In this document: positions 50,850 through 62,715 of the stretch, in pieces
How positions within the stretch are numbered: position 1 is the stretch's first letter
Layout of the letters: the number at the start of each line of letters is the position of its first letter
Origin: Raillietiella orientalis
Taxonomy: Eukaryota
Direction: 5' to 3'
Length of the DNA stretch: 64,000 bases
NCBI GenBank assembly: GCA_036172245.1
Contig: JAYWIR010000012.1
Coordinates: forward strand, 2,728,001 to 2,792,000
Translations under genes and position numbers: made by a program
Notes under the pieces: generated by a model
Told to the model about the DNA's origin: nothing
The model's input: the letters and a program-made list of their open reading frames with translations, nothing else
The model's database searches: none

Positions 50850-53300
50850 CCGAAGTCCTAGCCAGAGGCTCCCCTGAAAGGAACAGGAGGATCCTGGGTG
50901 GCACCCACCCACAACTGGGCGTTCGCCAACACTTCGAGATGAATGTCTTCGAAGAGTTGGGAGGCGCGACCAAGATGACAGGAGGAGAAGCAGCACCCCA
51001 GGCATTCCTCTACCCTTGCTGCAGGGCATTGCATTCGTTACCTGGAGAAGCAACATTCCATATGGAGGAGCGGGTAGAGGACGGACTGGGGTGGGGATAG
51101 GATCCAGGACCCCAGGGGGAGGCTGAGCCATCGAAGATCGATAGCAGTGAGGATGATTCGCTCGCTGATTCCCCGGCTGATATGCGGGAGTCTCCTTTTC
51201 TGCGGTCGCGACCACGGAAAAGTGGGAAGGCATCCAGAAGGGAAGAAGGGAGTCGCTGTCCAAGGTCAGCTCCTGATTCCGAGACCGAGTCCCGACCGTC
51301 CTCCAGATGCCACCTCGTCCTTCGGCTTCCGATGCTGCTCCTTCTGAACTCAGAGGGGACCAAGTGAAGAGTGACACATGCAGGGGAGGGTGGAAGTCGG
51401 AGAGAACCCACTGACGCCCTTATGGCGCATCAGGAGAAGGAATGCTCGTGAAACAGAAGAGGCGCTACCAAGGATGCTGCCCTCGATGCTGTTCTGGCAG
51501 CCGGTGAGCCCTACGACGCTGGTCCCGACGGTGATGCGGGTCTTGTTGATGCTCCTGCTGCGCTGCTCCTGAAATGCGTCACGTTCTGTCGCCACTCCCA
51601 GCCCACCCCATCTCAGCCAGCCACGACTGAGGGAGGTCTTCCGCCCTTGCCAGCTCACTCGCTGGTGTTATAAGGAAGATTCTGTCTGGGGCGCTGAGGA
51701 AACTCTCCTCACGGTCTTTCGTCTCTGTCGGTGCCTCCTCCCTACAAGCTCCTTTGCCTTCTCTGGGACGTCTTCTTGGATGCTGGAGCTCCAACAACTA
51801 TCTAACACTCTTTCCTCTGCTCCTCTCCTTCACCGTGCCTGTGATGGATGGACAGGGGCACTCTCCATCTCCTTCCCTGAGGTCCTGCCTTCCAGAGGCG
51901 ACCGGCTCTATCTCGGGGGGGAAAATCTAATTGCAGTGAACGGGAGACAGAAAAATAACTACGGAAAACGACGCTTGTCTTTCAACGGCCTCGAGCAGAA
52001 GCACAAGTGCTCCACGGGGCGGTGCTGAGCGAAGAGACATCATACGGGAGACAGGCGATGGACGTAGAACCTCCCTCCAAAAAAAAAAAAAAAAAGGAAA
52101 CGAAGGATTCAAAGAGCTGTGCTTTCCTCTCGGAGATTCTGGACAGCAGCCGCACATATTCGCCCCTCCTCCCCCTCCTGCTCTTCCTCATAATCCTCAT
52201 CATCATTATCTTATTTCTCCTCTTTCTTTCATCTTTGCTTTCCTCCGGGTTGTGCGGCGGGAAGCAGAAGCAGGGAGGACGGAATACGAGGGTTGCCAAC
52301 TGTCTCAGCATTCAAGATGGTGTTCCCAAAGGAGACCGCGCACTCTCCGCTGACATATCGCATCCCGGGAAAAGATGCACACGATGAAAATGAGGAACAT
52401 TGAGCGGAAGTAAAAACTCGGGTGCTTTCGAGCTCTGGATGGCCTCTGGAAGCGTCCTGTGTCAAGTGGAAAGGACAGCGGGTTGCAGCCGGCGGCACTG
52501 TCCGCAGCGAGCAAGGGCAAGAGGAGTTCAGAGACGATAGCATCCCGGCACGAATGCGGTCCAGTAAAACCGTCGAGAACTGAAAAGAATCCCACTATCC
52601 TCCACACTGCCAGCTGGTTCTGTGGGAAAAAGGGGCAGATTCTTCCGAGAAGTTCGAGAACTCTCCGAAAAGAAACCAAATCGTTGCCCTTCGAGACCTC
52701 ATCGGTCACTGACTTGCAGATGGCAGCGGCATGGCCAGCTCTTTCGGACCATGCCCTCTGCTCTCCCGTAGAAGAGCACTCCGGTGGAAGCCCTCTGACG
52801 TCCACACCCACCTCCTCACTCTTCCGAAGAGCATACACATCACTTCTCTCTCCAGTGCTTCCGCAAGCCCGGGGTGCGACCCACAACGTCCGGTCCTCTC
52901 TGACGCCTTGTAGACCACTTTGCACTCTCAGTCTAGGTTGGAATAGGGGGAAAGAGGAAAGAGGTAGCTTCCATAGAGGCCGGAGTGAGGGAAGGGAAAT
53001 CTCGAAAGGAGGACGGGATCTTCCAGTCCCGCAGAACACCCTTCTCCTGTTCGGATCGCAACTTTTCGGAGTCCCGAGGTTCTCGCTGGTAGTGCTGATG
53101 CTGCATCCGTGTGGAACGGGAGCATCTCCTTGAGGCTCTTATTGTCGGGTCCCACCCATCCATTCACAGGACAGAAAAAAAGATACAGAAAGAAAGCTGT
53201 GGACGCACGAAAGACCGCATCTTCGATGCCGTGAAGAGTGGCGACGATGGATGATCCAGCCGGCTGCACGCACGCTGACCAGTCGTCGAGGAGCTGCAGT
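50850..53300 (-). mobile_element. Decayed LINE ORF2 (RT and post-RT remnants)
   Basis: NDLVSFRRVLELLG...VLDGFTGP (ORF 52305..53039, resembling the DRVsw..L...GF..VNG region) and LRWGGLGV (ORF 51350..51658). Confidence 0.45.
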
Positions 53301-53599
53301 AGGGGGAATTGCCGCGGGCTTCCTCTTCCGTCACAAGCCTGGACGGTTGTGACCTTCGTTGACCCAACGCGGACTCTGGTCGGATCGAAACATCTGCCTT
53401 TCTTCGGCGCCGCTAATCTCAGACCTCGTCCACAGACCGGCACTTCCGCGCGAACTCATCCTCAACCCTTCCCACCCCTCTTCTCATTCCCGCTGAGCGC
53501 TGTGAACTTCCCACGGAGAATCCAAGGATCGCCCGGAGGTACGTGAGCGTCCAAGTGCCCAACCCAAATCACACAACACGCATTGAGCGTCACCTGGCG

Positions 53600-55285
53600 C
53601 TTTTTATGGCCAAGCTGGTGAAGCGACGCCAAGAATACTCGCGCTGATAGTCGTGCGAATGGCGAACCCCCGAGGCCATACCTCGGCGAGATGGGGATGA
53701 TTTCGTTTGGCTCAGAAGGCGGAAGTAGTAAAACATTGAAAAGGTCATGCTGATTTCTTTCCAAACCTAGCAGTAGGAAATAGCCCAGGTGAGAGAACAG
53801 GCGACAGTCTGCTTTCCAAGACACCATCTGGAACAATCTTCTTCCCGTCACGGACAAACCCAAAGTTACAGCTTCAAGGAACTGGAAAAACAAAGGGTGA
53901 AATCAAAACGTACCAGTGCCACCCAAGAGAAGAAGACGGTTGCGGGATAAAGATGCTGGAGCCTACGGTTAGCATCCTTCCCGTTCTCCAACTCCCTAAC
54001 GTGGCATACAAATGGGAGTACTGTGGCCCTGCATGATGCACAGGGTGTGCATTCCAAATGAATCAGTGTGGTTCTGGAGGACTGGCAGTATCTACATTAA
54101 AGGGGAAGAAAGGTCGCACGCCTGTCAGGAATCGGCAGTACAAGACGGAATCCGCCCCCCCTCCTAGCACGACAAGGCGGACCCTTGTATGTGCAACAAC
54201 AGTACCCAGTTATGAGAAACCTCTTTAGAGTGGCCTCCCAAAACGAGGAAGCGGGAGGAAAAGAGCTTTCCGAAGTGATCCCATTCTTCTTCCTTGTGCC
54301 TGGGTCTTCGGCAGAAGAACTGGAAATGAGCAACAACCGAACTAAAAAATGGGTGTGGGGACGGTGGTGGCGCCCACCAAGTGCGTCAGCGCGCACGCGA
54401 AATTGGGATGCGCGTGACACACAAAACGCGCCAGTTGTACCGAAAGACCAAAAGGTCAAACGGTTCGGCCAACGAAATCTGGACCAGACCACCGCAGGAA
54501 GCCCTGGGCAGAGGTGGAATGGTCTTCAATCGCCGAGACGCCAACCCTGTGGCAGTTCGGACAACTCCTGAGAAGTATGACCTGCCCCCGGAGATGCAAA
54601 ACGACCTCTTCATGGTGTCTCCCCCACCCACCCATGGGCAGTTCTTGTGTGAGACCATGCAAGAGAACAAGTTCTACCGATATTTATCATTCGGTACCGT
54701 CTGTTCTTGCCCACATTTACAGAAGATGGATTCTGCAGGAAGGGAGAGTGGGCATTCTACGTTAGTCCACTCGCAGAGCTCTGGATCCACGTCGGGAATC
54801 AGCGGGGCGGTGTAAATGACTTTCAGGAGAAGGCTGGACAGGATAGCCCCGAGGGGGCTGCTAGAAGGAAAGGGAAAGAGCTCGTCGGTGCGATTCCCAT
54901 GGTGAAGACGGCCATCTCCCTCCCCATCGGCACGGATCCCAGCAAGGAGGAGTAACCCGCGAAGAGGCGGCCTACACATGGGCCAGGGCCGCTGCGATGG
55001 GACTGCCGAAGGAAAGAAACCGGACGTCGGAGGATGCAGCAGAGTCCCCACGCATCCACCTGCCGTTACATCCTGGGGGGGGGGACCCAAGACGCATTCC
55101 AGCACGTAGCCAATCATCCTCAGAGCGACGCATGACGCAACGGTCGTAAACATGGAAAGAACCGGTGCAGGATGGCAGGAGGGCGCGCTCCCGTGCGACG
55201 TTCCCAGGGAGCAGTTTGTTTTATTGTTTTTGTTGCTCGTTGTCTGCCCTTCCTTTGTTCTAATTAATTTGTGGATAAATAAACT
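53600..55285 (+). mobile_element. Probable decayed LINE ORF2 C-terminal half + 3' UTR
   Basis: DTIWNN...RNWKNKG (~53820-53897), and a T-rich tail ending in AATAAA at 55278-55283 like other LINE ends here. Weak. Confidence 0.3.
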
Positions 55286-56399
55286 ACCCCGCCACTTGTC
55301 AGGCTGGGGAAAGCGAAGGGCGGAAGCCAAATTCCCATAGGAGGGCTCCACTTCTGACCCGAGTGCAAAGACCCTTGGAGAGGGAAAGGAGGAGAGGCAG
55401 AAAGGAGGTGCGAGCACGCCCGCAGTCTACGGGGGGCTAGGGCGTGCGTAGGGCAGCGCCTGGTGAAGGAGCGTCCGGAAACTCCGGCGCAGGTCCAAGG
55501 CGAAGCTGGAGGGCGAGCAGGGCTGTGGTAGCCGTGGCGACCGAGGGAAGCGAGCCCGAGAAGAAGGGGCAACAAATCGAGGAAGCCAACATCTCAGCTG
55601 CTGCCTTCGTTTCGGCACGTTTGCCTGCTTGAAGGAGCTTCGCTACCTCTGGCGAAGAATCGGAGGGACAGGGAGGACAAATCGGGAGGACAAGGCGAAA
55701 TGCTTCCTCCTTCCAGCACGAGGAGGACTGAAAGGTGGGAGGGGGGAAAGAAACCTCACCTCATCCAGAGCGAGCACGGAGCCGCTGATAGAACCGACCG
55801 TTTCCGAGTTCCTACGGGAAGCGAAGCCAGCCGGGAGGCTGCGTCTTCTTCCTCACTGAAGTGGTTCATCACTTTCAGTGCTTGAGGGGTTATCAAGGAA
55901 TAACCGCCGCGCTCTCCCGCGCTCCAGGCAGGCTGCAGGGGTGACACGGCACTTCAAACTGAGGAAGGCGTCACCTCCTCTTGAGACATGATGTGGCAGG
56001 GAGTAGGAGAATGGGAAGGGAACAAAACGGCGACCTCGCAGAGACGTCGCCATGGCGCCGGAGGACTCTCGTATCCGCGAAGCCTTCGATTCCCCGGTTA
56101 AGCCCGATGATGATGATCGAACTGGCAACGCGAGATGTTTTTTTTTTTTTTTTGCTCCTCTTGGAGAATTCTTTGGCTTGGAAGATCACGGGGATGGGAC
56201 AATCGCGGGGGCGGCGGCTCAGGAGGGGGAAACAGAAAACTCCCAAAAGAGATCATGCGGATCAGAAAAGCCCCGTGCGCTCATCGTATTGCCCCTTGCG
56301 CGCAGCATCTTCCCGAATCCTCACGTTGAGGGACCGGGATCTCTCGGGAAGAGGGAGGCGACGCGGCAGGAGTTTCAAGGGAGGTCTGCTGATCCGTCA

Positions 56400-59300
56400 T
56401 GACGACTCGCCTCTGGCGCTCGCTGGACCTCTCCTTCAGTTTCCTCTCGAATCCACCGCCTGAATCCTCCGGCTTCTTTATGCCGAGCGACTCCAAAAGG
56501 TACTGAGGGAGTGGAAAGGCACTAGGGGAAGGAGTCTTCGCAGCATTCCCGATTCTTCCCGGATTTCCCTTCCCATATGTGAGAGGAAGTTGCAAGAGAA
56601 GTGCGTCAAAGAGCAGTCTAGCCGAGAACGCCCTGAGGTGGTTCCTCCGTGGTCCTTGGGCCGAGTTTCTGTGACCCCTGTAAGCGAATTCGGGTGGGGG
56701 TCTCTCCTGTTTTTCGGATCCCGGATCTCGTTTTCAGGGAGCAGGGTCATCTCCTCCATCAGCAAGTCCCGGAAGGGATCGGCATGGCTCGGATCGGATC
56801 CTTCCTCCTGGTGATTATTTTGTTTTTTATGCCTCCTGCAGGCGGGAGTCGACTCGAGCATTCCTGGGATGCGGGCCCCGAAAGCGGTTCTCCGCTCCAG
56901 CGCTCACGCTCTCGAGGAAATTTCCCTTCTACCTGCGAAGATCTCGTGGAGCACTGACCTTCTGAAATGGCAGCTCTCGTCTCCACCCCCCGGGACGGGA
57001 AAGCGTTCGGCTCTTCGCCTCGATGGTCCGCCGCAACCCAGCGAAAGTTCCTCTGGAAGGAAGAGGAGAGGAGCAGCTTTCAGATGAAGAATCTCTTCGA
57101 CACTTTTGACGATACTGTTGACTCCTCTTTGCCGCTTCCGACGGAAGGTTCTTCTTCGCTCTGGAGGTTCGCAAGCGGCACTCAGGATGATCTTCTTCTT
57201 GGACACCGAGGGTCGGATCGCTCTTCTTCGTCCAGCAGCATGCAGCCGGCCTCCCAGTTTGAGGCTTCTTTTTTTTAGCCGATCCTCCACCTCCCCTCAC
57301 TCGCGTTTTTCACTATTCGCTGTTCTCTTTCCCTCTGCGATAAAAAGAACCCTCCCGTTCTTGTCAGCTTAGCGAGTGATGCACCACCCTCTGGCGGTCG
57401 GTGCACGAAACTACTGCGCGGAACTGGAAGAGACGCTCAGAGCTCGCTTCCCTTTCCATCAAGGGACGGCCACCGATCGGTAGTGCTGCTGAGATCGGTC
57501 CAGCACCCTCGCTTCACGGGAGTAGAGCCACCCAGCGACGCCGAGGTTCTCCAGTAGGAGAACTCGTGCCTTTGAGCAAGACATTTGATCTTAGGAAACC
57601 CCTAGGCATTCACCTGCAGCTCCTAAGATTCCGGTCTGTCCCCTTATATCTCGAGAAGAGGCATCAGAATCCACAATGGATCCGAACTCGCAAATTATTT
57701 GCACAGGCATCCTTCCTTTGCATTCGTCGCGATTTCATCTTGCTGGATTGCTAGATCACAGGCAGGCCGCTGCAACGCTTGCAAAACAATCCGACTTTTC
57801 AGTCCTTCAACCTTGTAGGTTTTCGAAATTTTCCAGGCCCCTTCCGGGTGCCTCCTGTGTTCGAGGTGCATCCTTTCCCCCATCATCTGCTGGATAGTCT
57901 TCCACCAGCCAGAGACCCGGAACCGTCTATGTGGCCGCTTCCCTGCCTGCAAAGGACGATCCCACCTTGTAAGCACGAACAACGGAGTTTCCTTCAGGAC
58001 CTCTACGGAGCCGTCCCGTTGCTCCCTTAGTTTCCACTTGTCGACGGGTGGCTCCTTTCCTTCTAGGCACTGCGACCGATTGACTCCTGACCAAAAGCAG
58101 CAGCTTCGTAAGCTCTCCCCTCGCATGAGGCTTTAAGATCTTTCCAGAAAGCTCGCTGCCACCATCACAAGGTGAAGACGGCCGCGGCTCCAGGGGCGAG
58201 TTCGCTCCCACGAGTCCTCTCCCCCCCCGTACACGCGCACCGCCACGACCCTCCTCTTTCCTTCCTTCCTTCCTTCCTTCCTCCTCCTTTCCTACTCGCT
58301 CCAGCCTGCCGTGTCCTCCCGACGACGACGGAACGCCCTTAGGCAGCGACGGACGCGCGTCCTGGCGGGCCGGGTGCGGTCGTCGTGGACCCGACACTCG
58401 AGCGACACCCGTCTTCCCCGGCTGCCCCGTCCCTCTGCACTCGACGACCGACGCCTTCCGCGGGACCTGGCGAGCGGCGTGCAGGGACGTCTCTGGGACG
58501 CACGCGCGGATCCGCCAGAGCGAGGTCCAGGCTTCTCGCGAGTCGGCTGTCTCGCCCGTCTGGAGTCGAGGAGCAGGTCGAGGTCGTTTGGACCCCGAGG
58601 TCTCGTGCGATTTGCCCCGCGGAAGGAGACTGCGTTTAGCCCTTCCTTCCCGGCGAGTTCCTGCTATCCTAGCGGCGACTTCGGAGGGAACCAGCAGCCA
58701 CCTGGTGGTTCGGTTCGTGAACAGCATGGATTGCCATAACTCTTCTTGAACGCGCTCCGGGAAGATCCGAGGGTTCTCACCGACCGACTTTCACTGCCGC
58801 TGACACCTGACCTCAGTCCTCGCAGGCAGCGAACAGCCTTGGATTCGGAACACCAAGGAGGGAGAGCCGTGCTGTGCTTCCGGCAGGTCGGTCAGCTCTC
58901 CAGGTCGCTGCCAACGAACCGTGGCTAACATCACGTCACGTGTTCAGGCGAGGGTACACGTTAGTCTGCGTTCGTGTGGACAGCGACCACGCGAACTCGC
59001 GCCTTCTAGGCTTGTCGAGTTCCCGACGACGGAAAAAATCGTTTCCCTCAATGCAGCCTGCACTCTCCCGAAGTCCGATGGGGGGTCACTGGGGGCCACT
59101 CTGAGTGCAAACGGCACGTGTGACACGCACCTCCTTTCCTTTTATTTCTTCGCTTTTCCCACGCGTCACCACCAGGGCGCCACGTTGAGGGTACTGCGGC
59201 ATCATCACAGGGCACTCTTTCGCAGCTGCTGTAAAGCTGCGTTTTGGTCCCCGTGCCCATTTGCGGGAACCCGAGAAAATGACGAAGTGGGGAGGACCGA

Positions 59301-59450
59301 AAAGCTTTATGGGAGTGGATAAAATTGATTTCCGTGCAATCTCCATGGAGAGTGCTCTGCTTTGTCTTTATGTCCCTGGTCACGGAGCATCCCGTGTTTC
59401 GTGTGAGACTCTTTGATGCGCCACATGCATTTGCAGTCGCGTGTAGCATG
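56400..59450 (-). mobile_element. Decayed Tx1-like LINE (ORF1, junction, EN, linker, RT start); hosts repeat copy 2
   Basis: Minus strand in order: GTGTKTQL...GACHTCR (ORF 59048..59479); CFWSG and EGAWKISK (ORF 57695..58126, G.WKLN-like); SKARVLLLE (~57560); FLPEELS...FPVPGG (ORF 56904..57290); MTLLPENEIRDPKNRR..PNSL (ORF 56478..56861, ITLLPK..D.KNWRPISL-like). Confidence 0.7.
58152..58713 (+). repeat. ~560 bp near-identical dispersed repeat, copy 2
   Basis: Direct match to 24181-24734; contains (TTCC)6. Confidence 0.97.
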
Positions 59451-59559
59451 GGGGAGGGGAGGGGTCGAAGGTTTTTCAAATGAGTGCCGCTGGTCTTCCC
59501 GGGATCATTAATTACATCCCTATTCTTCTTATTTTTTTTATCCCTCCCTCCGATTGAGC

Positions 59560-61570
59560 TGAAATTATGGTTCCGGCATCACGCGACCTCGCGAAGAGGA
59601 GGTCGGGGAGTCTGGCGTGCCTGGTCTGCAGCCCTCCTTCTGGTCTTTCAATGATTATCCCGTTTAGGGGATCGAAATCAATTGCTCTGCGGGTTCCAGA
59701 TCTCTGGGAATCGGAGCGCCTGGGGGCGGGTGGAAGACGGGATCGCGTGGCTACCGAGGGAGCGTTTCGAGCGGGAAGTCGCAGCGGTCGCAGGTCCCAC
59801 CTCAAGGCAGCTTCTTCTTCGGAAACACCGCAAGGATTCCATGGTTCTCCGGATAAGGTGGTCTATGCTGCCGCTTCTGGACGTGGCTCTGTCCGCGCAC
59901 CGATCGTGGCAATGCGCACTGGAATGGCCGGAGTCTCGCGCTTCCTCTTGCATTCAGTGTGGCGCCCAGTGACTCCCCATCGGGCAAGAGGAAGGGACCG
60001 AGTTGGGATTCCTCGTTCATGGTTTGTGCACCGGGGTGACCTCGGCCATTCGAGCCCAGGCACGGGTGACTTCGAGTGCCCGGTGGAAGCAAAGAAAAAA
60101 AGGAGAGGAGGTGCATGTCGCCCCGCGTCGGCGTGCCTGGGAGCTTGGAAGACGAGCCCTACAACTCATCCTCTGGGTTGGGTCGGCTACTGAGATGACA
60201 GATCTAAATTTCTCCGAATCTCTTTGGTGACTGGGCGCCAAGAAGATGCGATCCAGGGAACACGATGAGCCGTATCAGGCCGGCCAGGACAAGACCAGAG
60301 GGACCTCTGATATGCATCCACAGCGCTGCAGCATGAGACAGAGGAGCGAAAGACCACCAGGTGGCTGTTGGTTCCCTCCGAATTCGCCACTGGGATAGCG
60401 GGAACTCTCTGGGAAGGAAGGGCTAAACGCAATCTTCTCCCGCGGAGCAAATCGCCCGAGACCTCGGGGTCCAAACGACCTCGACCTGCTCCTCGACTCC
60501 AGACGGGCGAGACAGCCGACTCGCGAGAAGCCTGGACCTCGCTCTGGCGGATCCGCGCGTGCGTCCCAGAGACGTCCCTGCACGCCGCTCGCCAGGTCCC
60601 GCGGAAGGCGTCGGTCGTCGAGGGCAGAGGGACGGGGCAGCCGGGGAAGACGGGTGTCGCTCGAGTGTCGGGTCCACGACGACCGCACCCGGCCCGCCAG
60701 GACGCGCGTCCGTCGCTGCCTAAGGGCGTTCCGTCGTCGTCGGGAGGACACGGCAGGCTGGAGCGAGTAGGAAAGGAGGAGGAAGGAAGGAAGGAAGGAA
60801 GGAAAGAGGAGGGTCGTGGCGGTGCGCGTGCACAGGGGGGAAGAGAACCCGTGGGGGCGAACTCGCCCCTGGAGCCGCGGCCGTCTTCACTTCGTGGTGG
60901 TGGCAGCGAACTTTCCGGCGAGATTGGACGGAGGTCACATGTGGAGGATTTCTACGCCATGAGTGGTTCCGTTCTTTGTGCACTCTTGAGGGGTCCTTTG
61001 GAAGCTCCTTGCTCCTGCGCGCCTTCAGTCCAGACTGCACGTGACCGACGCGTTGACGACAAACGCGATGCGTGAGGCACGTAATAGCGGATGCATTCCC
61101 TCCTGTTTGGTGGATGAACGTCTCCAGTAAAACGTGTTACCCCCCACCCCTCCTCCCTATTCTATGTCGGCGCTATGGATTCTGAAGGACTCGGCAGCTG
61201 CCGTCTCCTAAGAGCGCATCGGTACGATGCTGGATGCTCGATGTATCCGCGAGATGCGGAATGCTCCGAGGCTTCCAGCTGAGTATGCCAGGATCCGGAG
61301 TGCCGTCGACCGGAGCAAGGCCTAACCGGGATTGCAGTCCAGAATAGTGGTCAAGTTTTTGCGGGGAAGTTGGAGTGGAGAACCCCGGGCCGAAAGCGTG
61401 GAGGTCCGCAACAAGGTGGGGCGAACCTGACCGACTGCCACGTCTCGAAGCTGGCAGCGACCAGCCGCGGCGCTGAAGTGGCTCTGGCGCTGTCCGCGCA
61501 CCTGTCACGGCCAGGTGTCGAGGCCTCCGAATGACGCGCCATCTAGAAGAGGATGCGCTAGTCTACCTGC
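59560..61570 (+). mobile_element. Decayed Tx1-like LINE (ORF1, junction, EN); hosts repeat copy 3
   Basis: ORF 59567..60193 has PDKVVYAAASGRGSV...GIPRSWFV..GDLGH (GQPR.C..CG..GH-like), then GEEVHVA. After the repeat come RVVAVRV..LHFVVV, GSSLLLR and GLRMTRHLEED (~61525, G.WrlN..L-like). Confidence 0.65.
60353..60909 (-). repeat. ~555 bp near-identical dispersed repeat, copy 3 (inverted)
   Basis: Reverse complement of copies 1 and 2; (GGAA)6 at 60781-60804. Confidence 0.97.
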
Positions 61571-62309
61571 CTTTCCTTTCCTTTGAGCCTGCTTCCTCAC
61601 CCTTAGAGCAAAACGACCCTGGTCAATCGCCTAACCTGCGTGCTGCAAACCGCGGTCTCTTGAGTCCTCGTCCGGCAACTTTCCTCGAGATCCCACGCAA
61701 TTCGAGGGGTCCTATCCGAGGGGCCCGTAGGTAATCCGGTTCGAAAAGGATTCTCTTGGAGAGTCAGATACGTCTCTTTCGCGGTTAGCATGGTTAGAGC
61801 CTCTTGCATTCGCCATCGCGGAGGTCGCGTTGCCACGCGACCGAGAAGTTGCTGGAATCATCTGACCTCCCTGACTGGGTGCGAACTGGGCCGGAGTCCC
61901 GCGCTCTTCGGAGCTTCCCTCCCGGTCCCCTTCCTCGCTGCGTACCGCGAAGGGCATGTTCTCTTCTACTCCAAGAGATGCTCCTCTTCGGCCAGTAGCC
62001 CGACCGATCCTGCTGCCGGCCTCCCTCTGCCGTTCCCGCTCCAGCCCACGCCATCCACCATCTCCGAATCGTCCGACACTGCTTGGTCGATTAGCTGCCC
62101 GCACCCGAAGCCTGTGGGCCAACCAGCGTCGTCCTATTGGGTTTAACACCTGGTTGCCCGGGTCGTTTTATATAGATGGACGTTTTATATATAAAAAGTA
62201 AACATGGAGTTGCCCTTGGGGATCCGCAGGGACGCGGCGAACACAGGGACGTCCAACTGGGGAGGGATGGAGACTCCATACCCATGACGCACCCATTTCT
62301 CGCATCAAT

Positions 62310-62715
62310 CCTCAAATCCGCAACGCTTGGGAGCTCCCTGAGAGGAGTAGCGCGCTTCTTGCACTCTGGAACGACAACCCCCCGAGGGAGGTATCAACCA
62401 GCTCCATGGCACGGCTCCCTTTTTGCAACTGGAAGGAAACCCCGAAGGGAGCCGGCTCCCCGATTCCTGGAAGAACCTTGGGGGGTCAGTTTCCAGCTTG
62501 CAATCCCGGTCAATCAACGGGGCATACAGGGGTTGTTGGCTTCCACCAGTGCCGCCGCATGCGAAGCCAACCGAATCCAGACAGCGTCGTCCTGCGGGAG
62601 AGGAATGGAAACCCACGACTCACTTCCAGTTAACGGTGTCCCGGGCCGGATTCGAACCCGCAACTCTCGCTGCCGCGCGCGGTTGCCGCCGACTCCGCGC
62701 GGCTGCCAGAGCGAG
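62310..62715 (-). mobile_element. tRNA-headed SINE-like element, copy F (3'-truncated)
   Basis: B-box on the minus strand (ggattcgaacc at 62648-62658). The body reverse complement includes ccatggagctggttgatacc and ccaggaatc. Confidence 0.8.

Noticed and set aside
62160..62200. Twin TATATAAAA motifs on the minus strand as a promoter
   Set aside because: Resembles the AT-rich tails of the LINE 3' ends elsewhere in the window; no other promoter evidence.
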